Source: Eledone cirrhosa
Taxonomy: Eukaryota
Length of the DNA: 64,000 nucleotides
NCBI GenBank assembly: GCA_964016885.1
Contig: OZ024741.1
Span: 223,200,001 to 223,264,000 of the forward strand
Direction: 5' to 3'
Position 1 is the stretch's first letter. Each line of letters opens with the position of its first letter. The notes below the pieces were generated by a model that saw only the letters and a program-made list of their open reading frames with translations, had not been told where the DNA came from and did not search any database. Shown here piece by piece: positions 29,998 through 40,361 of the stretch. The position numbers were made by a program, and so were the translations under genes.

Positions 29998-32276
29998 AAA
30001 GTTCAAGCATGTTCTACAACGTGAGGACCAAAACCGTGAAGTGTTCAGGATTGCTAGACAATGAGGTCAAGGAAAACCGTGATATTGTCGGGGAGAAGTG
30101 TGTCCATAATGATAACGGTGTACTTGCCCTCACTGATATGGATAAGAAGATAGCCTGGAAGTGTCACTACGAGAGATTATTAAATGAGGAGAATAAATGG
30201 GAAAAAGATAGTCTGCCCCAAACTGATCCCGTAGAAGGACCAGCGGTGCAAGTTAAAGGTAGTATAATAAGTAAGGCAATCAAAGATATGAAGACAGGCA
30301 AGGCAGCTGGGCCTTCGGAGATAGTTGCTGAGATATTGAAGGCATCTGGAATGGTGGGACACACTATGGTTACCCGTATAGTTAACCAAGTAATACAGAA
30401 TGGGGTCATACCAAAAGACTGACGTAGCAGCACCATCATTAACTGCTACAAGGGTAAAGGGGATGCTCTAGATAGGGGAAACTATAGAGGCATTAAGTTA
30501 GTTGACCAGGTCATGAAGGTCACAGAAAGAGTTATAGTGCAACTAATCAGAGAGCGAATTGATCTAGATGAAATGCAGTTCGGGTTTGTGTCAGGTAAAA
30601 GTACCACAGATGCTCTTTTCCTTGTACGACAACTACAGGAGAAGTACCTAGCTAAAAGTAAACCCCTCTACTTAGCTTTTGTAGACCTGGAGAAAGCCTT
30701 TGACAGTCCCTGGCTCCATTATCTGGTGGGCTCTTAGAAAACTAGGTGTAGATGAATGGCTTATGAAAGCTATACAAGCTATGTATAAAGAAACAGTCAG
30801 TAATGTTAGAATTAACAATGAATATTGTGAAGAATTTAGTGTAAAAGTTGGTGTTAATCAAGACTCTGTCCTTAGCCTCCTCCTATTTATTATTGCCCTT
30901 CAGGCTATAACAGATGAGTTTAAGACCGGCTGCCCATGGGAACTCCTACATGCAGATGATCTAACTCTCATAGCTGAATCTATGGCTGAACTAGAGAAGA
31001 AATTCCAAACATGGAAGAATGGCCTAGAATCAAAAGGCCTTAAAGTTAACTTGTCTAAGACTAAAGTTCTAGCTTGAAGAAAGGAAAATAGGGCACAGGT
31101 GCCCTCAGGGAAATGGCCATGCTCAGTGTGAAGGAAAGGAGTAGGCAGAAATTCCATTTTATGTCCCAAATGCAAACTATGGGTACATAAAAGATGTAGT
31201 GGGATCACAGGTAAACTATCTAAGAACGTAGATTTTATATGTGGCCGATGCTCAGGTGCAATAAGTAGCAAGTACCCACAGGATACTAGCTCCTTCTATT
31301 GCCCAGATAGTTCTATAGAAATAGTGGACACTTTTCATTACCTGGGTGACAAAATCAGCAGTGGTGAAGGGTGTTCTGAAAGTACAGTAGTCAGAGTCAG
31401 AATGGGATGGAAAAAGTTCAGAGAGCTTATACCGCTGTTGGCCATAAAAGGTTTCTCTCTAAAAATGAAAGGCAGATTGTATGATGCTTGTATACGAACA
31501 GCAATGCTACATGGCAGTGAGACATGGGCATTGCGTGCAGAGGACCTGCATAGACTGGAAAGGAACGAAGCATGCATGCTCCGTTGGATGTTAATAGTAA
31601 TATACATGAACAGCAAAGCATAAATGAACTAAGTGAGAAATTAGGAATAAGAGGGATCAGATGCTATTTACTTGAGAGAAGACTACGTTGGTATGGTCAC
31701 ATGATGCGCATGAAAGACGACAGCTGTATAAAAATGTGCAGGGCGATCAAAATTGATGGTTGTTATGGAGTAGGTAGACCCAGAAAAACCTGGGATGATC
31801 TGATAAATTCCGACCTTACACACTTGCACCTCTCAAAGACAATGTCACTAGACCGAGATCTTTGGCACTAAGCAAAACCTACAGTCAGTAGGCACCTCTT
31901 AACCAAATATACACCCCAATCCACTACCCCTACTCCATTCTCCCACTCCCACCAACACCACCCTCTCTCTGTTAAGTTGGTACCACAACATCCAGTCCAA
32001 ATAAATGAGATAATGAGATTGAGATCGTGTAGGTGTCACGACAAAAACACACAGTCCACGCTGTAATGTGGCCGTGTAGGTAACACGGTAAAAAGTTCCC
32101 AGTTCCACACTGTAAATGTGGTTGGTGTTAGGAAGGGCATCCAGCCGTAGAAAACCTGCCAGATAGTCCTATATGAGCGAGACACGGTGATCTGTCCAAC
32201 CTTGCCTCAAGTGGGACAACTCCCGTCTAACCCATACTAGCGTGGAAGATGGACATAAGATGATGATGATGATGAT
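29998..32276 (+). mobile_element. 5'-truncated RTE LINE, inverted relative to 26778-28974
   Basis: Same RT peptides (KTGKAAGPSEIVAE, QFGFVSGKSTTDA, HADD, GRPRKTW) with stops and frameshifts; (GAT)n tail. Confidence 0.96.
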
Positions 32277-32341
32277 AAGCAGGGAAAAACAGACGTAAAA
32301 TGATGATGATGATGATGATGATATATATATATATATATATA

Positions 32342-32785
32342 TGGCGTCCCAGACGAGACATCTGCCCCTTACTGATCGACAAAGGCCAGGACCATCAATT
32401 CTGAATAATCCAGCTGGCTCCTGAACTGAGGGGATATTCACCCAATCTATGGCCTGCTTAATGATCAGGTTTAGCTCGGTATGGCAGGCGATGTGACCAG
32501 CATTCAGGCGGCATGGCCGACCATGGGAGCCTGTGGAGTTGATGGACCCATCACAGTGACATCTCAGACACCCACAGACATTGGCTCCCACTCAGAGTGT
32601 AATAGAGATGCGGAGCTCGTGCTGACTGAGAAGACTACCAATGTTGGCCACAGGCAGGAGATCAATCCAATCCCCCGAGAATTTTGCACACTTGCAGAAA
32701 GTAAGCGGCTCCTAGAAAATTGATCAGAATGATCAAAGAGAGAGTTAAAAGTTTTGCTTGATCACAGATTGTCCCATACTGCTTC
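32342..32785 (-). mobile_element. CRE-clade retrotransposon fragment (zinc knuckle / restriction-like endonuclease region)
   Basis: CHC..HG..C...HTELNLIIKQA..IPSVQEPAGL..DG..GRCLVWD, homologous to 39400-39850. Confidence 0.8.
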
Positions 32786-33006
32786 CATCCATCCACACAC
32801 ATGAGTGTATGGGTATATATATGTGTGTGTGTGTCTGCCAATCAGCGTGAGGCCTGAGCTAGTACATGGCCACCAGTAATTGATTCTTGTTGCGAAAGGC
32901 TATGACTAACACCTGTGCCAGAAAATGTTGGCCTAAAAAGTCACATTTATGCTACACACATGCAGAAGGCTGTTTGAAAATTCAAACTATGGCTATACTC
33001 GTCTAA

Positions 33007-33010
<4 letters not shown>

Positions 33011-33078
<68 letters not shown>
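33011..33078. repeat. (GT)n microsatellite
   Basis: Perfect GT run. Confidence 0.99.
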
Positions 33079-33082
<4 letters not shown>

Positions 33083-33111
33083 GTGTGTATATATATGTAT
33101 AAATGTATGTG

Positions 33112-34109
33112 GGCATACGTTAAGTTTAACGTTCGAGAAAATGAAAGTAAATTTTCTGACAAGTGAATGTGTTTTTTTTTTTTTTTTTTACAATGAAAGT
33201 TACGATACACTGTTTGTTTATTTACAACAGGTCTCTATAGTGATATGGTGTTAATTAGTATTGCGTGTGTGATTATTTTTTCTTTTTCTTTTTTTGTGTA
33301 TTGTGTGTACGGAAAATGACATTGTGTGTTGAAAGAAATAATTTTTTTTTAAATAACTACATAGTTAGACGTTTGTTGCATATAACATATAAATTGACGT
33401 ACCTTATCAACATCCTTATTAGACCGTATAAATAGCTGAAATACAGTTGATCATCTCGCCAAAACTTGTTGGCACCAACCCTCTGCCGCCAAAGAAATTC
33501 AGCTAAATATGAGGGGAATAAATCGTCGCTTGTCCCATGTTGTCGACGAAGCTTTTTCTTCGCACGGCTCCAAGTGTTCTCTATGAGTTGTGTGTGCACA
33601 TTAGGGTCTTCAGGATCGACAAAGTTCCGTTGGTGCACAACAACATCATGGAGGTAAATGCCACCTTGAATTTCTTCAATATCAGAATAGGAAGCCCAAC
33701 CATCGGACATGATGTGGCTTCCTGGCAAAATCCATTCCTGTATGATGGGGACAAGAGTCTCACGGCTTCGATCTAGGACTTCGATGAGGCAGCAGCGTCC
33801 AGAATAAGGATGTTGATAAGGTACGTCAATTTATATGTTATATGCAACAAACGTCTAACTATGTAGTTATTTAAAAAAAATTTCTTTCTTTCAACACACA
33901 ATGTCATTTTCCGTACACACAATACACAAAAAAAGAAAAAGAAAAAATAATCACACACGCAATACTAATTAACACCATATCACTATAGAGACCTGTTGTA
34001 AATAAACAAACAGTGTATCGTAACTTTCACTGTAAAAAAACAAAACAAACACATTCACTTGTCAGAAAATTTACTTTCATTTTCTCGAACGTTAAACTTA
34101 ACGTATGCC
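33112..34109 (-). mobile_element. Non-autonomous Merlin (IS1595/ISXO2-like) DNA transposon with about 310-bp TIRs
   Basis: TIRs 33112-33420 and 33803-34109 beginning GGCATACG; 9-bp TSD ATGTATGTG (33103-33111, 34110-34118). Core encodes DRSRETLVPIIQEWILPGSHIMSDGWASY..VHQRNFVDP..HTQLIENTW..YLAEFLWR. Confidence 0.93.
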
Positions 34110-34475
34110 ATGTATGTGTGTGTATGTTCTTCTGGTTCCATTATTTTATATATTTTTACCGATATAGAGAGAGAGAGTCGGTTTCTAACATAAACACAAT
34201 ACTCTTTCACAGAAATTTAGACAACATCAACTAGGTAAATATGTATGCATGTTTGCATGATTGTGTATGTGTGCAGGTACATATGTTATTATATGAGCGT
34301 ATCTGTATGCTTTAGGATATATGTGTGCACGTGCATATGTTTTGTATCTATATATGTGTATATGTAGTTATAGGAAGAATTTTTGAAATGTTTTACATAT
34401 TCTTACAGTTCCATTATTGGATTGTATATGTACGTATAGATGTGTGCGTGTGTGTATGTGTTTATGTCGGTATGT

Positions 34476-34800
34476 GAAGACACGTGGCTTAGTGATTAGA
34501 GTGTTGGGCTTGCAATTGTGAGGTTGTGAGTTCGATTCTCGGACCGGGTGATGTGTTGTCCTTGAGTATGTTTACTTCATATTGCTTTAGTTCACTCAGC
34601 TGGAAAAATATGTTGTAACGTCATTGGTGACAAGTTGTATTGGCCATTGTCTTTTCTATGGACAATATCAGTGGCATACAGATAGGAGACTGGTATGCAC
34701 TGGTGACTGCTGGTCTTCCACAACAAACCTTGCCAAGGCTTGTGCCTTGGAGGGAAACTTTCTAGGTGTAAAACCATGATCATTAGTGACCGATGGGAGG
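34476..34800 (+). mobile_element. tRNA-derived SINE
   Basis: A box TGGCTTAGTGA, B box GTTCGATTC, CORE-like TGTTGTCCTTGAG; homologous to 22205-22347. Confidence 0.8.
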
Positions 34801-36299
34801 CCTTTAAAAATGTATGTATGTGTGTGTATGTATGGTATGTATGTGTGAATGTACGTATGTATATGTGCGTACGCACGTACGTACGTTTGTATGCATGTAT
34901 GTATGTGCCTGTTAGATAAACAATAAATAAGTAGTGAAAAATGTCTACCATGTTTCTTAGACGTCAACTCATGAAGAAAGATTTATCAGATCATATAATA
35001 ATGTTTTCTCGTTGCCACCAACAAAATTCATCACTTAAGAGTCCATACTCCTAACTTGGAATCGTCTTCGTGTTCAAAGAAAATCTGCAAAATGATCGAG
35101 TTCTTCTTTTTTTATACGATATTAAAATTCAAAATTCTGTATTAGGCCAAAGAAAAATGTTACCATCAAACTATCTATCTTTCTATTTATTTGTATGTAT
35201 GTATGTTAATTTGTATATATGCGTATATGTGTATACATGTACGTATATGTAGGCGCGCGCGTGCGTGCGTCTTTATATGGTATATGTGAATATAAAAATC
35301 TAGTCTAAGAATTCTGTCCGTGAAATGAAGACTGTTTGTATATCAGACACTGAATTGGCGTTCGTAACAAAGCTGAAATAGCGAGCTCAACTTCTTTTTA
35401 TCTGAGAAATCACGCTGAAAATATGGAATGGATCTCTGTTGGTTTTGACAAGTGTTCCAGTTTTTCTATCAACAGTACACCCTGCACTTGTAATTAACTT
35501 GTAAGTGGCTGAACATTCCACAAACGCATGTACCCTTTACATAACTCTCGAGGAGATTCAACGAGTCACAGTGTATGATAAAACTAGTTCTTTGAATTAC
35601 AGGTACAGTTCATCCGACGGTCTTTCAAACAATTTCCGTCACACTAATTTCATTAATAAGGTATGGGTCGAGCCGTGGCTATGGTAAATGACACTTGCCC
35701 AAGAACCTGGGACCTAAATATTTAGAAGCAAACTTCTTAACCATTCAGCCAAAATCAATCATAATACGCCACGAGTGTCTGTATATTTATATATATATAT
35801 TCCTCTTTGACTCTTTAAAATTTGCACACACAAACAGCAATTCCAATTTAAGCCATGTTGCTACAATAAGAATATTTCATTTTATTCATAGTTGTATAAA
35901 TTGTGGTTAGAAAAAGCTACTTCACTTACCGCTTATTGCTGGCACCGCTAATCCAATGGCTGGTTTCTCCTCTCCCACGTGCGTACAATCCAACTCGTTA
36001 ACCGGGAACTCCCAAACTGACGTCCACTACCTTCGCTGACCACCCTAGAGAGAGGCAGACTTGCTGACCCTTCCGGTCGAGCACCCTTCCGGTCAAGCAC
36101 TCTTCCAGTCGAGCACTCCCCAGCCTCCGGCCACCGCACACCACACCATACCTACACGCCCCCCTGATCTCAAGGATCAATTTCCCCCTCGTCCTGCTGC
36201 ATATGAAAGTCTGCTGTCCAGGTTGGTGGTTTGCGACTTCTTTGCGATCTCCGCAGTATTAGGGCGGCACTTTGGGTTTACTCTTCCTCGGAGTCCGTT

Positions 36300-37721
36300 G
36301 ACACAGTAATTCTACGGCCATCCAGGACATCACGTGGTACTCCGTCCACGGACACATTGACCTTGGAATTTACGGCCGTCACCGTTACCCTTCCCCATTA
36401 AGATGTGCAACGTGCACGTGGGGGCTTCACCCAGACTTCTTCGCCCACCTGCACGAATGCATTCTCTCTCTCCACTGGCCGTTGTGGTGGCGTGCACGGG
36501 TGCCGCCACTCATACTTGGGCCCAGTTCTGGAAATTCATTTCCCCTCTGGAATACCAAGACGCCCGTCCTGTCTCGCCGTAGCCTAAGTCCCAGCGCGGC
36601 TCCTCCCTCCAACGCTTCTGACGGCTTCGCAGCCAGTCCGTACCCCTGTAAATGGCTCGTGACCTCCGCCGCCGACACTACAGACTCGTCCACTAGGATG
36701 TCGTCAATGTAGGAATTAGTGGCCCTCTTCATCTTGTCGGCCTTTCCCAGAATGGTCTTGAGGACCGCCGCCATGATCTTCGGTGCAGAGGTCAGCCCGA
36801 AACCGAGCCTGGTCAGGCAATATGTCCGGCCCTTATACCTGACCAGCTGATACTGCCAGAGCTTCTCATCTATGTGTAATTGTAAGTATGCCGACTTTAG
36901 ATCGACGATTGCGGAAGCCCTCGTCATGCGTCTCCACTCACGCAGGGTTTCCCCACAGACATCCGTGACCTCGCCACCCGTGTGGCATGACACGTGCTCG
37001 TTCAGCTCCCGAAAGTCCAGTACCGGCCTCACTTTGTTCTTTGTGGGTTGCACCACCGTCATTAACGGCAATACTCCGCACTTCACCTCCTCTTTCCAGG
37101 GAAGCAGTATGCCCTCTTCAATCCATCTCTCTACCTCTCGCTCCTAATGTCTCCCTTCAATGTGTGTTGATAGCAGCCCACTTTGGTCTTCAGTGTTGGT
37201 GCTTCTCCCTTCCAGTACCACTCAACAACCCATTGTTGCTCATCGAATACGGCCTTGAAGTCTTTGTCCTATACAGTGTAAGCGGGATATTTCTCCTCGT
37301 GGGCCTTCTGGTTCTCCTGTCGTGTACTCACAGCACATACCGATGCGGCGCCGCCAAACGACACAACGACGTTGTTCACTGCGATGCCTCCTAGACGGCC
37401 AATTGCGTCCATGCCCATAACTACGCCGATCCCATCCACCACGTTGTCGACTACGATGACAGAAAGCCTTATTTTCCTTCCCCGTACCGCCATCTCCACC
37501 TCGCTGTGACCTCGGCATTTAATTTTCCTACCGTCGACTGCTCTAACGCTGCTCTTCCTTCTCCACCTCTGCGCCACGCCCGCGGTCACCAGTGTCGTCG
37601 TACAGCTCGTGTCCACGAGGGCTCGCTGTGGCTTTCCCCTCACGAAGACTTTCACCACGGGCAGCGCCTCTACTCGTAAGGAGAAACTACCGGCCCAGTA
37701 GTTCCCCCTGGATCGTTTCCC
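36300..37721 (-). pseudogene. pol: Disrupted pol (protease, RT, short C-terminal remnant)
   Basis: RALVDTSCTTTLV protease; KVRPVLDFRELN, DLKSAYLQL, RLGFGL..AP, YIDD; frameshift and stop between PR and RT; large deletion after RT. Confidence 0.88.
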
Positions 37722-38434
37722 TGGTCGCAGCTAGTAGCAATGTGACCTGGTCGCTTACACCGGCAGCATATTTTGTCCGGCCTTGACTCTCTACACTCTC
37801 TCGACTTGTGCGGGCCCTGGCACCTAAAACAGCGACCTCTAAACGTTCGCGGGCGACCGCGTGCCATGGTTGCCTCCCTTTCACCATTTCGCTGCCGGCT
37901 GCCTTGGGCCTCTGTCATTGATATCGCCGCGACACTCTTCTTGGTATCTTCTGCTATGATGCTGGCTTGCTCCATCAGTGCATGCATCTCCATTTCCTTG
38001 TAACCCGGGACTTGCTGCAGTTTCACCGCTATGTCGTCTGGAAATCCATTTATGAAGGCCAACCGCACCGTGCGTTCGCATTCCACCTGATATCCAGCCA
38101 ACATGGCCAATCGTCGTATTTCCGCTGCGAAAATGTCAACGCGTTCACCGTTCCATCTAATCCTTGCCAGCTTAGCAAAAGCGGCTAGCGGTCCTTCCGC
38201 GAACGCTTCCATCATACGCCTCTCAATCTTTTGCGCATCCCTTTGGCTGTGTTCATCCATCTCTAGGAAGAGTGCCAACGCATCCCCTTCGAGGTGCAGT
38301 GCCATGAGGCCAGTCACATCTTCTATCTTCTGTAAGCTTCCGACCAGCCTGACTTTTCGCAACCAGGCGACAACATCGCCTTCACCGGTAAATGCTCTAA
38401 TCGCTTCTCCGCTCATTCGTAATCTCGTCGTCAT
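37670..38434 (-). CDS. gag: Gag-like protein of the Gypsy element (254 aa, two zinc knuckles)
   Basis: Intact ORF with FTGEGDVVAWL, CFRCQGPHKSREC and CCRCKRPGHIATSC, followed by the QGN slippery site. Confidence 0.85.
   Translation of the reverse strand: MTTRLRMSGEAIRAFTGEGDVVAWLRKVRLVGSLQKIEDVTGLMALHLEGDALALFLEMDEHSQRDAQKIERRMMEAFAEGPLAAFAKLARIRWNGERVDIFAAEIRRLAMLAGYQVECERTVRLAFINGFPDDIAVKLQQVPGYKEMEMHALMEQASIIAEDTKKSVAAISMTEAQGSRQRNGEREATMARGRPRTFRGRCFRCQGPHKSRECRESRPDKICCRCKRPGHIATSCDQGNDPGGTTGPVVSPYE
37677..37721 (-). promoter_or_regulatory. -1 programmed ribosomal frameshift signal (G GGA AAC plus stem-loop)
   Basis: Heptamer at 37715-37721, 5-nt spacer, 12-bp stem AGGGGGAACTAC/GTAGTTTCTCCT with G-U pairs. 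The -1 frame reads GKRSRGNYWAGSFSLRVEALPVVKV straight into the protease. Confidence 0.8.
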
Positions 38435-38827
38435 ATCCTAATTTTGTCCCGCGGTAAGTAATAAAAAACAACAGACTCCTCTCTGTTTTTCCAGTAGCTT
38501 TGTTTTCGAGAAAGTTCTTTTTAAAATTTTTTTTTATCCATCAGATATCAGTTTCCAGTGCCGAAATAGCTTGTGGTTAGAAAAAGCTACTTCACTTACC
38601 ACTTATTGCTGGCACCGCTAATCCAATGGCTGGTTTCTCCTCTCCCACGTGCGTACAATCCAACTCGTTAACCGGGAGCTCCCAAACTGACGTCCACTAC
38701 CTTCGCTGACCACCCTAGAGAGAGGCAGACCTGTTGGCCCTTCCGGTCGAGAACCCTTCCGGTCAAGCACTCTTCCGGTCGAGAATTCCCCAGCCTCCGA
38801 ACCACCGCACACCACACCATACCCACA

Positions 38828-40112
38828 TAAATAACATTACAAATCATTTGCAATTCTTTCAGAATGAAAATATAAACAGATCATATAAATAAATTTACAG
38901 TAGAATAACATAACAAATATGTTTTAAATATATACATAAATAACATTACAAATGCTTCGCTAACATTATAAATAGCTCGCGATTCATTCAGAAAGATATA
39001 TTCTTTTAATGTTACAATATTAAAGAAAATGGAAAGGAAGGGGTGAATAACGGAGCCAACACCAGAGCAAAAGACAGCAGTGAGGGGTACTGGGCAACCT
39101 CTCTAATGATTTTTTTAGGCAAGCCAGCACACTCGCAGTGTTGCCTCGGGTGATGGCGAGGCTATTGCGCTGGAACAGCCAAGCGCCCTCGCGAGATTCG
39201 CCAGTTACCTCTATTAGACGAGCCGCCAGTGATGAGAGGAACCTCGCAGTCAGCGGCCCGACTCCCCCAAACGTCTCGAAAGCCACAGGCTGAAAAATGT
39301 AGCTGGCCGATAGATCAGAGTATTTGAAGGTCTTACTCCGCTCGGTTGCGGAAGCTGTGGCTCTCGTCCTAACCGCAGCATCCAGGATGTGGGAAAGAGC
39401 AAAAGAGTCACTAACAGTCACGTCCCAGACAAGGTACCTGCCTCTCGACCAGGGGCACAGGGTAAGGCCGTCAGGTTTTTTGCCGTCACTTCTGGACAAC
39501 CCAGATGGTTCCAAGACTGAGGGGATATTCGCCCGAGCCAAAGATATCATGAGGTTTAGCTCCGTGTGACGCACGAAGCGGCCGGCATTCAAGTGGCAAG
39601 AAAGATTATGGAGTCAAGGAGTTTGCCGCATCGGCACCTAAAATCCATGCAGACGTCAGCTCCCACTCTGCGGGCGATGGAGACACGAAGTTCGTCCAGG
39701 CTGAGTAGGCCACCAACGTTGGCCACGGGTAGGGCATCGACCCAGTCGCCTGAATATTTGGCGTTGGCAGATAGTAAGCGGCACCTTGCAAACTGATCTG
39801 ACTGGAAGAAGGGGGATTCGAAGGTGGCCTTCGTACTTATGCTGTCCCAAGCTCTCTGATTTCGACTGTCCTCCACCTTCTCAGGAAGAGACAAGCCCAA
39901 CTCACTCCATTGCTGGAGAGCTTCACCCAACTCCCTGTTGGAACTAGTCCATGTTGGAGAGGAGAGGATGCTGCTCACCAGGGTGGAGCAAGCGTGGGTT
40001 GAGGAAAGGAAGCAGGGGAGAGAGAGGGACGAACACTTACAAAGACCAAGACCCCAAAATCGCTTGGGCAACGCAGCCTGATCGCGGGACTCTGGAGAGG
40101 AAGGGGTGAGAA
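38828..40112 (-). mobile_element. CRE-clade non-LTR retrotransposon 3' part (RT C-terminus, REL endonuclease, 3'UTR continuing at 35878-35901)
   Basis: QAALPKRFWGLG, GDWVDALP, CRCG, RHTELN, EPSGL, KPDG, LVWDVT, K..KY, PVAFETFG, LAITRGN motifs. Confidence 0.9.
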
Positions 40113-40361
40113 AGGCTGTGACTTTCGAGACGTTTGGGGGAGTCGGGCCGCTGACTGCGAGGTTCCTCTCTTCACTGGCGGCTCGCCTAATAGAGGTAAC
40201 TGGCAAATCTCGCAAGGGCGCTTGGTTGTTCCAGCGCATTAGCCTCGCCATCACCCGAGGCAACGCTGAGAGTGTGCTGGCTTGCCTAAAAAATCAATAG
40301 AGAGGTTTCCCAGTAACTCTCGCTGCTGTCTTTTGCTCTGGTGTTGACTCGGTTATTCACC

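Larger units (their letters stand above)
35902..38827 (-). mobile_element. Gypsy/Ty3-like LTR retrotransposon, internally deleted (no RNase H or integrase core)
   Basis: LTRs 35902-36156 and 38572-38827 (TG..CA, about 95% identical), 5-bp TSD TAAAT, purine tract next to the 3' LTR, gag, protease (LVDTSC) and RT (YIDD) remnants. Confidence 0.96.

Noticed and set aside
23215-31621. ORFs antisense to the RTE RT (e.g. 23553-23975, 27697-28071, 30900-31271)
   Set aside because: Shadow frames of the retroelement coding strand.
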